A stretch of 19,149 bases of DNA from an uncultured bacterium (GCA_964534375.1 CAZHPN010000124.1:1-19149), one strand, 5' to 3'; positions 7,622 through 16,006 are shown, counted from the stretch's first letter. Program-made: numbers and translations. Notes: generated by a model not told the origin, from the letters alone.

Positions 7622-8257
7622 CTACGCCCCGCACGCCGACGAATGCGAAAGCGTCGGCGGGTTGCCGTCCGTGGTGTCATCGTCCGGGCTGCCGTCGTCG
7701 TCGGTGACGACACTGTCGTCGTCGGCCGCGCCCTTGCACGTCTTGGCGCACTCGTAGAGCGACTGGCACTGGCTCAACTGCCAATTCGTATAGGCGCAGT
7801 TCTTGTAGCATTCGAACAGGCCGCTGGTGTCGACGGGACAATATTGAAACGCCTGACTTTCGGAGATCGGCGCGCCGGTGTTCGGCGCCGGCAATTCGGA
7901 GTTGCAGTCCACATAAACGAGTTGAATCAGGAAGCCGCACATCGTCGCCCCGTCGAAGCATTTGTCGATGCAGGCGGCCATCGTGCCGCAATTGGTATTG
8001 TTGATCGCGCAACTGGTCCAGCAGGTTTTCGTCGCGATGTCCGTTTCCGCGTCGCAGACGTTCAGGGCCTGCGCAAACGTTAGCAACTCGTTGTCTCCCC
8101 CTAACGCCAATTTGCAAATGTTGTAGAGATTGGACAACGCGTCGAGGCACACGCTGTCCGCCGCGCGCGCCGGCGTCGACGCGGCGAGCAACAGAACCGC
8201 GGCGCTTCCGGCAATAAGCACCGTCGCCGCCAACAGCAACCAAATCCGGGGCTTCAT
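7622..8257 (-). CDS. Secreted Cys-rich protein with two tandem 8-Cys repeats, an Asp-rich linker and a C-terminal SACGA
   Basis: Signal peptide MKPRIWLLLAATVLIAGSAAVLLLAASTPARAA; GGAGG SD upstream; 16 regularly spaced Cys in two repeats; three DDD blocks near the C-terminus. Confidence 0.88.
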   Translation of the reverse strand: MKPRIWLLLAATVLIAGSAAVLLLAASTPARAADSVCLDALSNLYNICKLALGGDNELLTFAQALNVCDAETDIATKTCWTSCAINNTNCGTMAACIDKCFDGATMCGFLIQLVYVDCNSELPAPNTGAPISESQAFQYCPVDTSGLFECYKNCAYTNWQLSQCQSLYECAKTCKGAADDDSVVTDDDGSPDDDTTDGNPPTLSHSSACGA

Positions 8258-8286
8258 GGGCGCCTCCCCTCAGTAATGGACGGTGC

Positions 8287-8316
8287 ATATTAGAATGCCG
8301 CGGCGCGTCGGGTCAA
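8287..8316 (-). promoter_or_regulatory. Sigma70-type promoter for the Cys-rich protein gene (TTGACC-N18-TAATAT)
   Basis: On the minus strand, TTGACC at 8316-8311 and TAATAT at 8292-8287, about 30 nt before ATG 8257. Confidence 0.5.
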
Positions 8317-8431
8317 CCGGCGCGCCGGGCCCCGGAGCTTTCCCGCGGACATCGCCGGTTGCCAGCGTGCGTTGCGCGTGGCCTGAAGCCGGCGTGCTTG
8401 CCCATCAAATGAGACTGGGCTACCGTTGCTC

Positions 8432-8692
8432 ATGGCGTCAGGTCCGAAAACGCTTCTGGTTCAAGCTGTCGCGCACCAACGCGATCTCGACCATTCGCAC
8501 CCTCTCGGCGTCATGTCGCTGGCCGCCTATCTGCGGGAGCGCGCGGGTTGCGACGTCCGGATTGCCGACATGCAGTTTCACTGCGGGCGCGTCCGTCCGA
8601 TCATCGAAGCGGCGCGGTCCTTTCAACCTGAACTCGTCGGCATTAGCGCGCTCAGCGTCGATTTTCCCGTGGCCGAGGAACTGGCCGCGTGA
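8432..8692 (+). pseudogene. Truncated N-terminal cobalamin-binding domain of a B12-dependent radical SAM protein (86 aa)
   Basis: KTLLVQA...HPLGVMSLAAYLRERAGCDVRIADMQ...FQPELVGISALS...AEELAA* matches the PLGLxxLAAYL...DxxIxD...PDxVGIS pattern. It stops before the GGxH motif, and no CxxxCxxC radical SAM core follows. Confidence 0.8.
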
Positions 8693-8867
8693 GCGCCGGC
8701 GGCCTCGTTCGGGCGCAATGGCCGCCGGCGGAAATGTCGGCCGCGGTCCGGCGAGAGCAGCCGCTTCGCGGGCCGCTTGTTTTCGCGCCCTGAGCGAGAC
8801 AAAGCGAATTTTGATCGGCGGGCAATTGTCTGGGCTCATGCCCATTGCTTGCAGCGGGCGGCGACGC

Positions 8868-10805
8868 CTACGGTTGGCGCGCCGGAACCAACGAAAACAC
8901 CCATTCGTCGTCCGACCCCGCGGTCCGCAAAATGAACTCTTGCGTCCCGTTGGCCTGGATCACGGCGCACGGATGATAATCCGCCAAATCCAGCCAATCC
9001 GCCGCGGCCGTCGCCTTGCGCACCCCGATGTGCTCGATGCGCACGGCCGGCGTGCGCGCGGCCGTCAGCGCCCAAAGGGGGTACTCCGGCACGTCGTCCG
9101 ACCATGCCAGCCCGAGCGAATTGCAGCCGCGATCACTGACAACTTTCGCCATCGCCACAAACGGTTCGCGCATGAATTTCATGTTCGCGAAGTACTGCGT
9201 CGGCCGGTCGACGGTAAAGATATTATTCGCGCCGGCCAACGGCCGCGCCTCGTTCCAGAAGACAAAAGGAATGGCCGCGACCAGCAAGATCGCCGCCGTC
9301 GCTCGCGCTTGCCAGGCGCGAAGCCGTTCCATGACGGCTCCCCATGCGGCCGCCGCCAGCACGACGAGCGGCAATTGCTTGTTCGGCCACGGCTGCCAGC
9401 GGAGGCAGAGGACGAAGAGCGCGTAGGCCGCCAGGCAAGCGAGTGCGAATTTTGCCGCCGCGGGGTTTCGCCGTTCGCGACCGCCAAAGAGCAGCATCCC
9501 GGCCGCAACGGCGAACAACACGAGGTGCAGCGGCGCGCCGGCCGCGTCCTCCTGGCGGCGCGCCGGCCCGACGCCGAACCTGGCGCCGTTGTAGTTCGTG
9601 CGCCGATCGTCCGGATCGACGCCGAGCCAGCGAGCGAACGTCGCCGTCGCGCCGGCGACCGCCTGGTTCGCCGTTGCGCTGGTCGTGGCGAAGTGGATCG
9701 CAAGGTTCTTGGCCAACGCCGCGGCGAATACGCCCGGTCCGAAGCTCTCATTGCGATACGAGCGCGTTTCCGCGGGGCTGGCGAACGGGCTGCCGAACAG
9801 CCGCACGTTGCGCGCCGCGTGCCCGGCGTTGATCGCGAGCACGATCACGCCTGCGAGTGCGAGCGAGCGCAGCGCTTGCCGCGCCGGCGCCCGGCGGATC
9901 AGCGACGCGCCGAACCAGCACGCGAACGGAAACGCGCAGATCACCGCGGTCGATTTGCTCAGCAGCGCCAGGCCCAAACCGCCCGCGGCGAAAACGGCCG
10001 GCCACGCCGATCGGCGGTCGCGCCACTCAAGACCAAACGCGACGAAGCACACGAGCCAGAACGCGGCGACGTAATCGTTCTGCGTCGAGGTCGCTTCGGC
10101 AATGCCGCTCGGGATCGTGGCCGCGACAATGGCGGCGTAAGCCTGTCCGACGACGCCGGCGCCGAGGCTGGCCGCGATCCGGGCGACGCCGAGCAGGCAG
10201 CCGAGCATCGCGAACCATTGCACGAGATTCGCCAGGCGATCCGACTGACTCAGGAGTTGAAAATTCAGGATCGCAAATTCGGCCCACGGCGGCATGAACA
10301 ATTGCCGCGGAATGTGCGTCGGGTAATGGCGGACGCTGTGGTTCTGCGCCCAGTGGGCCACGCGCGCCAGGTGATAGGTCATCGAATCGTAGTTGTTCGG
10401 CGCGGCGACGACGGCGATCACGCCGAGCAGCAACACGATCACGGCCGCCGCGCCCAGAAAAAACAGCGCAAAACCGTCCGGCCGCGCCGGGCCGTTGCCG
10501 TCGGCGGATTTCTTTTCGGAGAACGTGTCCGCACGGCGGTCCGTCACCAGCAGGAGCGCAAGCAATACGCAGAGTATCGTCGCCCACGCGCCAACCAGAC
10601 CGCGGTGAGTGAGCAGACGCAGCAGATTCAGGAACTCGGTCACCGCCGTGACCGCGACGCCCCAGGCGACGGCCGCCGCGAGCACGACGACGCCGCGTGG
10701 CGCGTCGAGGTTCCGCCGGCGGAATAAACGGTCGAAAACAACGGCGATCAAACACAACGCGGCCCAGGGCATGATGGCGAAAATGGCGTTGGAAAAACGG
10801 GTCAT
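8868..10805 (-). CDS. Polytopic membrane glycosyltransferase, GT-C fold (ArnT/PMT_2, family 39-like)
   Basis: Many hydrophobic segments; first-loop motif APNNYDSMTYHLARVAHWAQN; MPPWAEF; ATSTQNDY; GLALLSKST; soluble C-terminal domain. Confidence 0.82.
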   Translation of the reverse strand: MTRFSNAIFAIMPWAALCLIAVVFDRLFRRRNLDAPRGVVVLAAAVAWGVAVTAVTEFLNLLRLLTHRGLVGAWATILCVLLALLLVTDRRADTFSEKKSADGNGPARPDGFALFFLGAAAVIVLLLGVIAVVAAPNNYDSMTYHLARVAHWAQNHSVRHYPTHIPRQLFMPPWAEFAILNFQLLSQSDRLANLVQWFAMLGCLLGVARIAASLGAGVVGQAYAAIVAATIPSGIAEATSTQNDYVAAFWLVCFVAFGLEWRDRRSAWPAVFAAGGLGLALLSKSTAVICAFPFACWFGASLIRRAPARQALRSLALAGVIVLAINAGHAARNVRLFGSPFASPAETRSYRNESFGPGVFAAALAKNLAIHFATTSATANQAVAGATATFARWLGVDPDDRRTNYNGARFGVGPARRQEDAAGAPLHLVLFAVAAGMLLFGGRERRNPAAAKFALACLAAYALFVLCLRWQPWPNKQLPLVVLAAAAWGAVMERLRAWQARATAAILLVAAIPFVFWNEARPLAGANNIFTVDRPTQYFANMKFMREPFVAMAKVVSDRGCNSLGLAWSDDVPEYPLWALTAARTPAVRIEHIGVRKATAAADWLDLADYHPCAVIQANGTQEFILRTAGSDDEWVFSLVPARQP

Positions 10806-10930
10806 GCGCGCCCACAGGAAAAGCCGCGCCCGCCGGCGACGGGCTGCCGTCAGCTAAGACCAACGCCGCTTGCCGGTCAATGGCACCACGAGCGCTGGCG
10901 CGCGGGCCGCGCCGCGATTATGCTCTGCGC

Positions 10931-11578
10931 ATGCCGTACTTTGCCAAAGGACGCAACAAACCGAAGAGCGGCGACCCGCGGTGGGACCACTACGCCCAGC
11001 GGGCCAAGGATGAAGGCTACGCCTCGCGTGCGGTCTACAAGCTCGAAGAGATCGACCGCCGGTTCCGCATCTTCGCCCCCGGCCGCCGCGTGCTCGACCT
11101 TGGCTGCGCGCCGGGCGGCTGGCTGAAATTCGCCGCCGAGCGGGTCGGCGATCGCGGCGCGGTGATCGGCATCGACCGCTTCGAAGTCGCGCCGCCGAAG
11201 ACCAACGTGCGCACCTTCGCCGCCGATTTGACGGCCCCGTTCGACCCGGGCGAAACCTTCGCGCCGTTCGACGTCGTGCTCTCCGACATGGCGCCGGACA
11301 CCACCGGCGTGCGGCACGTCGACAAGGACCGCAGCGCCGAACTGACGCGGATCGCCCTCGACTGGGCGTTGCGGCTGGGCAAACCCGGGTCCGCGTTCAT
11401 CGCCAAGATGTTCCAGGGGCCGGATTTCCACGCGATCCTCGCCGCGGTGAAACAGGCCTACGGCGCCGTGCGCTGCGTTCGCCCCGACGCCACCCGCCGC
11501 GAGAGCTTCGAGATCTACATCGTCGGGCAGAAAAAGCGTCACGGGCCGGCAACGCCGGGCGACGAATCGCGGCCGTGA
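10931..11578 (+). CDS. rlmE: 23S rRNA (uridine-2'-O)-methyltransferase RlmE/FtsJ (215 aa)
   Basis: DHYAQRAKDEGYASRAVYKLEEID, VLDLGCAPGGW, SDMAPDTTG, FIAKMFQG and SFEIYIV give an intact K-D-K-E tetrad. Start placed at ATG 10931 rather than 10880. Confidence 0.93.
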   Translation: MPYFAKGRNKPKSGDPRWDHYAQRAKDEGYASRAVYKLEEIDRRFRIFAPGRRVLDLGCAPGGWLKFAAERVGDRGAVIGIDRFEVAPPKTNVRTFAADLTAPFDPGETFAPFDVVLSDMAPDTTGVRHVDKDRSAELTRIALDWALRLGKPGSAFIAKMFQGPDFHAILAAVKQAYGAVRCVRPDATRRESFEIYIVGQKKRHGPATPGDESRP

Positions 11579-11648
11579 CGGGCGGGGATTCTTGCACCTG
11601 TCAGCCTTATTGTCTTCCCGCCTCCCCGCCTCGCGCTCGGCGCTTGGT

Positions 11649-11708
11649 TTGACAGCCCCGCCGGCGGCCGAATAAGATTATTTTTTGCGGCGTTTCGCCA
11701 AAAGGAGA
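11649..11708 (+). promoter_or_regulatory. Sigma70 promoter (TTGACA-N18-TAAGAT) and SD (AAAGGAGA) of the lipoprotein operon
   Basis: Perfect TTGACA at 11649-11654, TAAGAT at 11673-11678 and SD at 11701-11708 before ATG 11713. Confidence 0.6.
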
Positions 11709-11712
11709 GAGC

Positions 11713-12309
11713 ATGAAAGCGATGGGACCTCCTCGTTTATGGGCAATGGCGGCAGCGATATGCGCGATCGGCCTGCTCTTCCTCGCCGGCTGCACCTGCG
11801 GGCGGCCGTTCAATCCGCCGCCGCCGCGGCCAGGCCAACCCGCCGCGGGCGCGTTCGGCGGCGACCCGTCGCGCTTCGCGCCGGCCAACCTCGATCCGGA
11901 AAAACGAAAGCAGTGCATCGACACCTGCAAAACCTTTTGCCGGCGCGCGCAGGAGTGCAACGTGCCGAAACTCGAACAACCGGCCGTTTGCGGCCGCATT
12001 TGCTGGTTCCTCTGCGCCCGCGACGTGCTGGACCAAGACCTGCGCGGCTGCGTGAAAGTCGACAGCGACTGCCCCACCGTCGTCCGTTGCGCCGAGAAGA
12101 TCGGCGAAAAAGTGGCCAAGCTGCGGGCCGAGCAGGGCGCGACCCCCGCCCCGCCCGCCCCGCCCGCCGCGCCCGGCGTCGCGCCCGCCGCGGCGGCCGT
12201 TGCGCCCTCTGCGCCGCCGAGCGCGCCGCCCGCTGCAGCGCCGGTCGCGCCGCCCGCTGCAGCGCCGCCCGCGCCGCCAAAGCCGGCGCCGGCGCCTGCG
12301 ACCAAATGA
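11713..12309 (+). CDS. Lipoprotein with a 10-Cys domain and Pro/Ala-rich C-terminal tail
   Basis: Hydrophobic signal ending in lipobox LAGC; CIDTCKTFCRRAQEC...CGRICWFLC...C...C...C; tail PAPPAPPAAPG...PAPATK; strong SD. Confidence 0.88.
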   Translation: MKAMGPPRLWAMAAAICAIGLLFLAGCTCGRPFNPPPPRPGQPAAGAFGGDPSRFAPANLDPEKRKQCIDTCKTFCRRAQECNVPKLEQPAVCGRICWFLCARDVLDQDLRGCVKVDSDCPTVVRCAEKIGEKVAKLRAEQGATPAPPAPPAAPGVAPAAAAVAPSAPPSAPPAAAPVAPPAAAPPAPPKPAPAPATK

Positions 12310-12349
12310 CCGTCATGCCTCTTCGTTTCTACGGCTTTTCGTGACCCGC

Positions 12350-13516
12350 ATGGCCGCTGCCCAACCGCAACGGCCCGATCGCGCCGGCGCCCGCCGCGGC
12401 TGGGCGTCGGCCGCCGCCGTTGCCGTCGCCGTCGTCGCCGCGGTTGGGCTGCTCGCGCTGGCCGGCTGGGTCTGCCGCGCGGCGGCCGACCGCGCCCGCG
12501 GCGACGCCCGCTATGCGGTCCCCGACCCCAATCTCGGCCTGACGCTGCCGCGCGATTTGGCATCGCACCCGCATTTCCGCGTGGAACGGCACTGGCTGGC
12601 GACGCTGGCGCAGGATCGCGACAAGCGCTCGTACGCCGTCTTGTTCCGCTGCGAGCGCCTCGCGCGCGCGGTCTGGCCGGCCCTTTTTCGGCGCGGCCGG
12701 GCGCCGGCTGAGAACCATTTCGCGGCCCAGTTGCTGGCGGTCGATCTGGCCGACGGGCAGTTCGCCGTCGCGACGCGCGAAACGGACGGGGCGGCGGACG
12801 CGGCGGACGCGACCGACATCCGGCTCGGCGATTGGCGCCTCTGGCGCGACGGCCTGCACCTGCGCCTCGCCGGCAAAGACGCGACGCTCGGCGTGGCGCT
12901 CAAGGCGCTGCCCGAGAAAAAAACGGCGCTCTTCGGCCGCAACGGTTACCACTGGCGCGGCCGCGACGGCGCCCCGGTTTATTTCCTCGGCCAGCCGCGC
13001 GTCGCGGTCGACGGCGCGCTCGACTGGCGCGGCCGGACGCGCGAGGTCGCGGGCCCGGGCTTTTGGGAATACGAGTTCACCAGCTACGGTCCGCCCGCGG
13101 GGACGCAGGGTCTGGACCGCCTGACGATGGCGCTCAACAACAACCACGAGTTGACCCTCGTGGCGCCCCGCCGGCGCGACGGCGCGCCGTGCCTGGACGC
13201 CCCGTTGTCGGTGGTCTTGCCGGACGGCGAAACGCTGACGTTGCGCGGCGGCGACTACGAATTCAAACCCGTGCATTTTTGGACGAGCCGGGCCTCGCAC
13301 GCAGTCTATCCCGTTGCCTGGACGTTGCACTTGGAGCAATATCAGGCGGATTTGAACGTGACGGCGTACGCCGCCGAGTTGGAAATCGCGCCGCCCGGCG
13401 GCCGGCCGGTTTGGGAAGGCCCCTGCCGCGTCGAAGGGACGTGGGGCGGCGCGCCGGTTCGCGGTTTCGCGTTCGCCGAGTTGACGGGCTACGCGCGTCG
13501 GCCGTTCAAGTTTTGA
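12350..13516 (+). CDS. Membrane-anchored AttH/CrtC-like (lipocalin-like hydratase fold) protein with divergent motifs
   Basis: N-terminal TM; LTLPRDLASHPHFRVE; YFLGQPRVAVDG; WTSRASHAVYPVAWTL; VWEGPCRVEG; GFAFAELTGY C-terminus typical of this family. Start is ATG 12350 or GTG 12341. Confidence 0.8.
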   Translation: MAAAQPQRPDRAGARRGWASAAAVAVAVVAAVGLLALAGWVCRAAADRARGDARYAVPDPNLGLTLPRDLASHPHFRVERHWLATLAQDRDKRSYAVLFRCERLARAVWPALFRRGRAPAENHFAAQLLAVDLADGQFAVATRETDGAADAADATDIRLGDWRLWRDGLHLRLAGKDATLGVALKALPEKKTALFGRNGYHWRGRDGAPVYFLGQPRVAVDGALDWRGRTREVAGPGFWEYEFTSYGPPAGTQGLDRLTMALNNNHELTLVAPRRRDGAPCLDAPLSVVLPDGETLTLRGGDYEFKPVHFWTSRASHAVYPVAWTLHLEQYQADLNVTAYAAELEIAPPGGRPVWEGPCRVEGTWGGAPVRGFAFAELTGYARRPFKF

Positions 13517-13527
13517 GGAGGCCGCGG

Positions 13528-14358
13528 GTGCGCCATTACGATCTCGACGACATCGCGCCGCTGACGCCGTTTCTGCGCGACCTGGAAACGGCGCTGGCGC
13601 GGGAAATGGCGCGGTCTCTGGACAGCCCCGGCGACGCCGCGCTGACGGTCGAACGGCGCCCGCCGCTCGAACGCCGGCGGCAAGTCGCCTTGTGCGAAGA
13701 CCGCACATGGCGCGTCGAGCAGGACGGCTCGGCCCTGCTGCTCAAGGCCGATGTCGTGCGTTTCGTCTGCCCCGCCGCGGGCGAGGTGAACAACACGCTC
13801 GAGCTGGACCTGGCGCTGGAAAGCCGGCGCGCCGGCTTGGCGCGGCTGCTGGTGCTATTCCTGTTTCCGCTCGCCGGACTGCTGATCGCGTTGTTCGGCT
13901 GGACGACGTTGCAGTCGGATTCCAACATGGAGGCCGCGCCGTGGCTGACTGCCGGCGCGCTCGCCGGCTTCGCGCTCAGCCTGCTGGTTGTCGGCCGCCT
14001 CTCGCCCGTGCTCGGCGCGTTGCTCGAAGGCGGTGCCTCGCTGCTGGCGCCCGCCAATCGCCGCGCGGTGCTGCGCGAAGCGGCGGCGCAACTCGAATCG
14101 CTCGCCGCGGCGCATCGCGCCCAGACCGCGGCCGAGGCGGCCACCGCCGCCAAGCAGGCGCCGCCCGGCGACGAGCCGGCTCAGCTCGCGGCCTACACGG
14201 CCGAATTGGTCGCCGACCCGGACGCGGGCATCGCCAAATACGGTCTGCTCGCGCCGGCGAATCGCGAAGCCGTTTCCCGGGCGTTCGTCCGCCTGGAAAA
14301 AGACCCGAAACTGTTTCGCGTCTATCGGGAAAACCGCAAGTCGCCGGCGCCCGCATGA
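13528..14358 (+). CDS. Hypothetical membrane protein with two TM helices (276 aa)
   Basis: GTG start after a strong GAGGAGG SD that overlaps the upstream stop. Hydrophobic LLVLFLFPLAGLLIALFGW and WLTAGALAGFALSLLVVG. The upstream part of the 508-aa ORF in the track is shadow sequence. Confidence 0.75.
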   Translation: MRHYDLDDIAPLTPFLRDLETALAREMARSLDSPGDAALTVERRPPLERRRQVALCEDRTWRVEQDGSALLLKADVVRFVCPAAGEVNNTLELDLALESRRAGLARLLVLFLFPLAGLLIALFGWTTLQSDSNMEAAPWLTAGALAGFALSLLVVGRLSPVLGALLEGGASLLAPANRRAVLREAAAQLESLAAAHRAQTAAEAATAAKQAPPGDEPAQLAAYTAELVADPDAGIAKYGLLAPANREAVSRAFVRLEKDPKLFRVYRENRKSPAPA

Positions 14359-14404
14359 AACCCGCGCGGCCGCGGTTCGGCTCGCGGACGCGGAGCACAG
14401 GTCG

Positions 14405-16006
14405 ATGAAATCCGCTGCCGCCATCAACGTCCTCGCCGCGGCGCTCCTGATCGCCGCGGTTTTCCTGACCTTCGGCGGCACGTTGAGCGGCCAATTCGTC
14501 TGGGACGACCACCTGAAGGTGCAGGGCATCGCGGGCCGCCCGGCCGACGCGCTGCACGCGGAATTCTGGCAAAAAACGCACATCGAGTCGCGCGCCAGCG
14601 GTCTGTTTCGGCCGCTTTCGGTGCTGACGCTGCTGGTCGATCGCCGCCTGTGGGGCGAGGGGCCGGCCGGCTATCACCGCACCAACGTGGCGCTGCACGC
14701 CGCCGCCTGCGTCCTGCTCTTCTTGCTGCTGCGGCTGCTGCTCGACGATCCGCTCGCCGCCCTGTTCGGCGCACTTTTTTGGGGCGTGCACCCGCTGCGG
14801 GCGGAGTCGGTGGCCTTCATTTCCGGCCGCACCGACGTGCTCGCGGGGTGTTTCGCGCTCGCCGGCTACGTCGTTCTGCTGACGGCGGTGCGGCGGCAGC
14901 GCTCGCCGGCGGGCGCCGCGGCGTTCGGCGCGCTGCTGTTCGCGATCGAGTTGGCGGCGCTGCTGAGCAAGGAGTCGGCGCTGTTTGCGCTCTTCGCCGC
15001 GCCGGCGCTGGTGTGGGCCGTGCGCGCGCCGGAGCGGCCGTTCGACAAGCGGGCGTTCGCCGGCGGCCTGGGCGGCGCGGCGCTGGCGGTCGCGCCCTAC
15101 GCCTTCCTGCGCGTGCGCGCCGTCGGGGCGCTGCCCGCGCGGATCGACGCCCGCTTTTTGCTGCACGGCTTTCCGATCGCGGCGTGGAAGTACCTCGGGC
15201 TGCATTTCCATTTCGCCGGCCTGGCCCCGTATTACACCCAGCCGCAGAGCCTGTGGTTGACGGTCGCCGCGTGGGCCGGCTGGTTGGGCGTCGGCGCGCT
15301 CGTCGTCGTCCTGGCCTATCGCGGTCAACGCCGGCCGCTGTTGGCGGCGCTGCTCTACGGCGTGTGCCTGGCGCCGGCGTCCGGTCTGGCGCCGCTGGCG
15401 ATGGTGGTCGCCGACCGCTACACGTATCTTTCCGGCGTCGCCGTCGCCCTCGCGCTCGCGCTGCTGTTGCGCCGCGCGTTTCGGCTGCCGCGCGGCCTGC
15501 ACACGGCCGCGATCGCCGCGGCGATCGGCGTCGTCGCCGTGGTCGGCGTCGCCGGCCGGCGGCAGGCGGCGATCTGGCACGACGACGTGTCGCTCTGGAC
15601 GGCCGCCGCGCGGCGCAACCCCGATCATTATCTGCCGGCGATGAACCTCGGCGCCGCCTTGCTCGAAGCGGGCCGCGCCGATGACGCACGCCGCGCGTGC
15701 GAACAGGCCGACTTTCTGACGGACCACGAGTATCCGAAAGCGTTGATGGGACTGGGCGCGGCGGCCTGGGCCAGCGGCCGGATCGACGAAGCCGAAAATG
15801 CGTTCGCCGCCGCCGCGGCCAAGGGCGAATATCTCGACGCCGCCCTGCCCGCGCTGGCGAAAATTGCCCTATTCAAACGCGACGAGGCGGCGGCGGCGGC
15901 GTACTTGCATCGCGCGGAAGCGGCCGGCGCGTGCGGAGCCGAATGCCGGGGCCTCCTGGCGCGGCTGCAGGCGGGCGCCCCCGAGGCCGGCGACGGGAAA
16001 AAGTAA
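14405..16006 (+). CDS. TMTC-like GT-C membrane protein (putative protein O-mannosyltransferase) with C-terminal TPRs (533 aa)
   Basis: FVWDD after TM1; LFRPL; YHRTNVALH; VHPLRAESVAFISGRTDVL; LLSKESA; ADRYTYL; IWHDDVSLW; TPR-like NLGAALLEAGRADDA and GLGAAAWASGRIDEA. GGAG SD upstream. Confidence 0.87.
   Translation: MKSAAAINVLAAALLIAAVFLTFGGTLSGQFVWDDHLKVQGIAGRPADALHAEFWQKTHIESRASGLFRPLSVLTLLVDRRLWGEGPAGYHRTNVALHAAACVLLFLLLRLLLDDPLAALFGALFWGVHPLRAESVAFISGRTDVLAGCFALAGYVVLLTAVRRQRSPAGAAAFGALLFAIELAALLSKESALFALFAAPALVWAVRAPERPFDKRAFAGGLGGAALAVAPYAFLRVRAVGALPARIDARFLLHGFPIAAWKYLGLHFHFAGLAPYYTQPQSLWLTVAAWAGWLGVGALVVVLAYRGQRRPLLAALLYGVCLAPASGLAPLAMVVADRYTYLSGVAVALALALLLRRAFRLPRGLHTAAIAAAIGVVAVVGVAGRRQAAIWHDDVSLWTAAARRNPDHYLPAMNLGAALLEAGRADDARRACEQADFLTDHEYPKALMGLGAAAWASGRIDEAENAFAAAAAKGEYLDAALPALAKIALFKRDEAAAAAYLHRAEAAGACGAECRGLLARLQAGAPEAGDGKK

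Noticed and set aside
7463..7707. Small ORFs spanning the repeats (SDGSDESDLSDKSDFSD; also WESWESWD at 17459-17935)
   Set aside because: The peptide periodicity simply reflects the 9-bp DNA repeat, and the ORFs overlap real genes on the opposite strand.
8690..8730. Selenocysteine read-through (TGA plus hairpin as SECIS)
   Set aside because: The TGA is not at a Cys-equivalent position. In-frame read-through gives about 80 low-information residues with no radical SAM CxxxCxxC.
8283..10727. 814-aa plus-strand ORF
   Set aside because: Arg-rich shadow opposite the GT-C gene. The same applies to 2355-3764, 13976-15727 and 15628-17874.
2971..11578. rlmD and rlmE as a dedicated rRNA-modification cluster
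   Set aside because: They are about 6.7 kb apart, separated by unrelated and oppositely oriented genes; probably coincidental.
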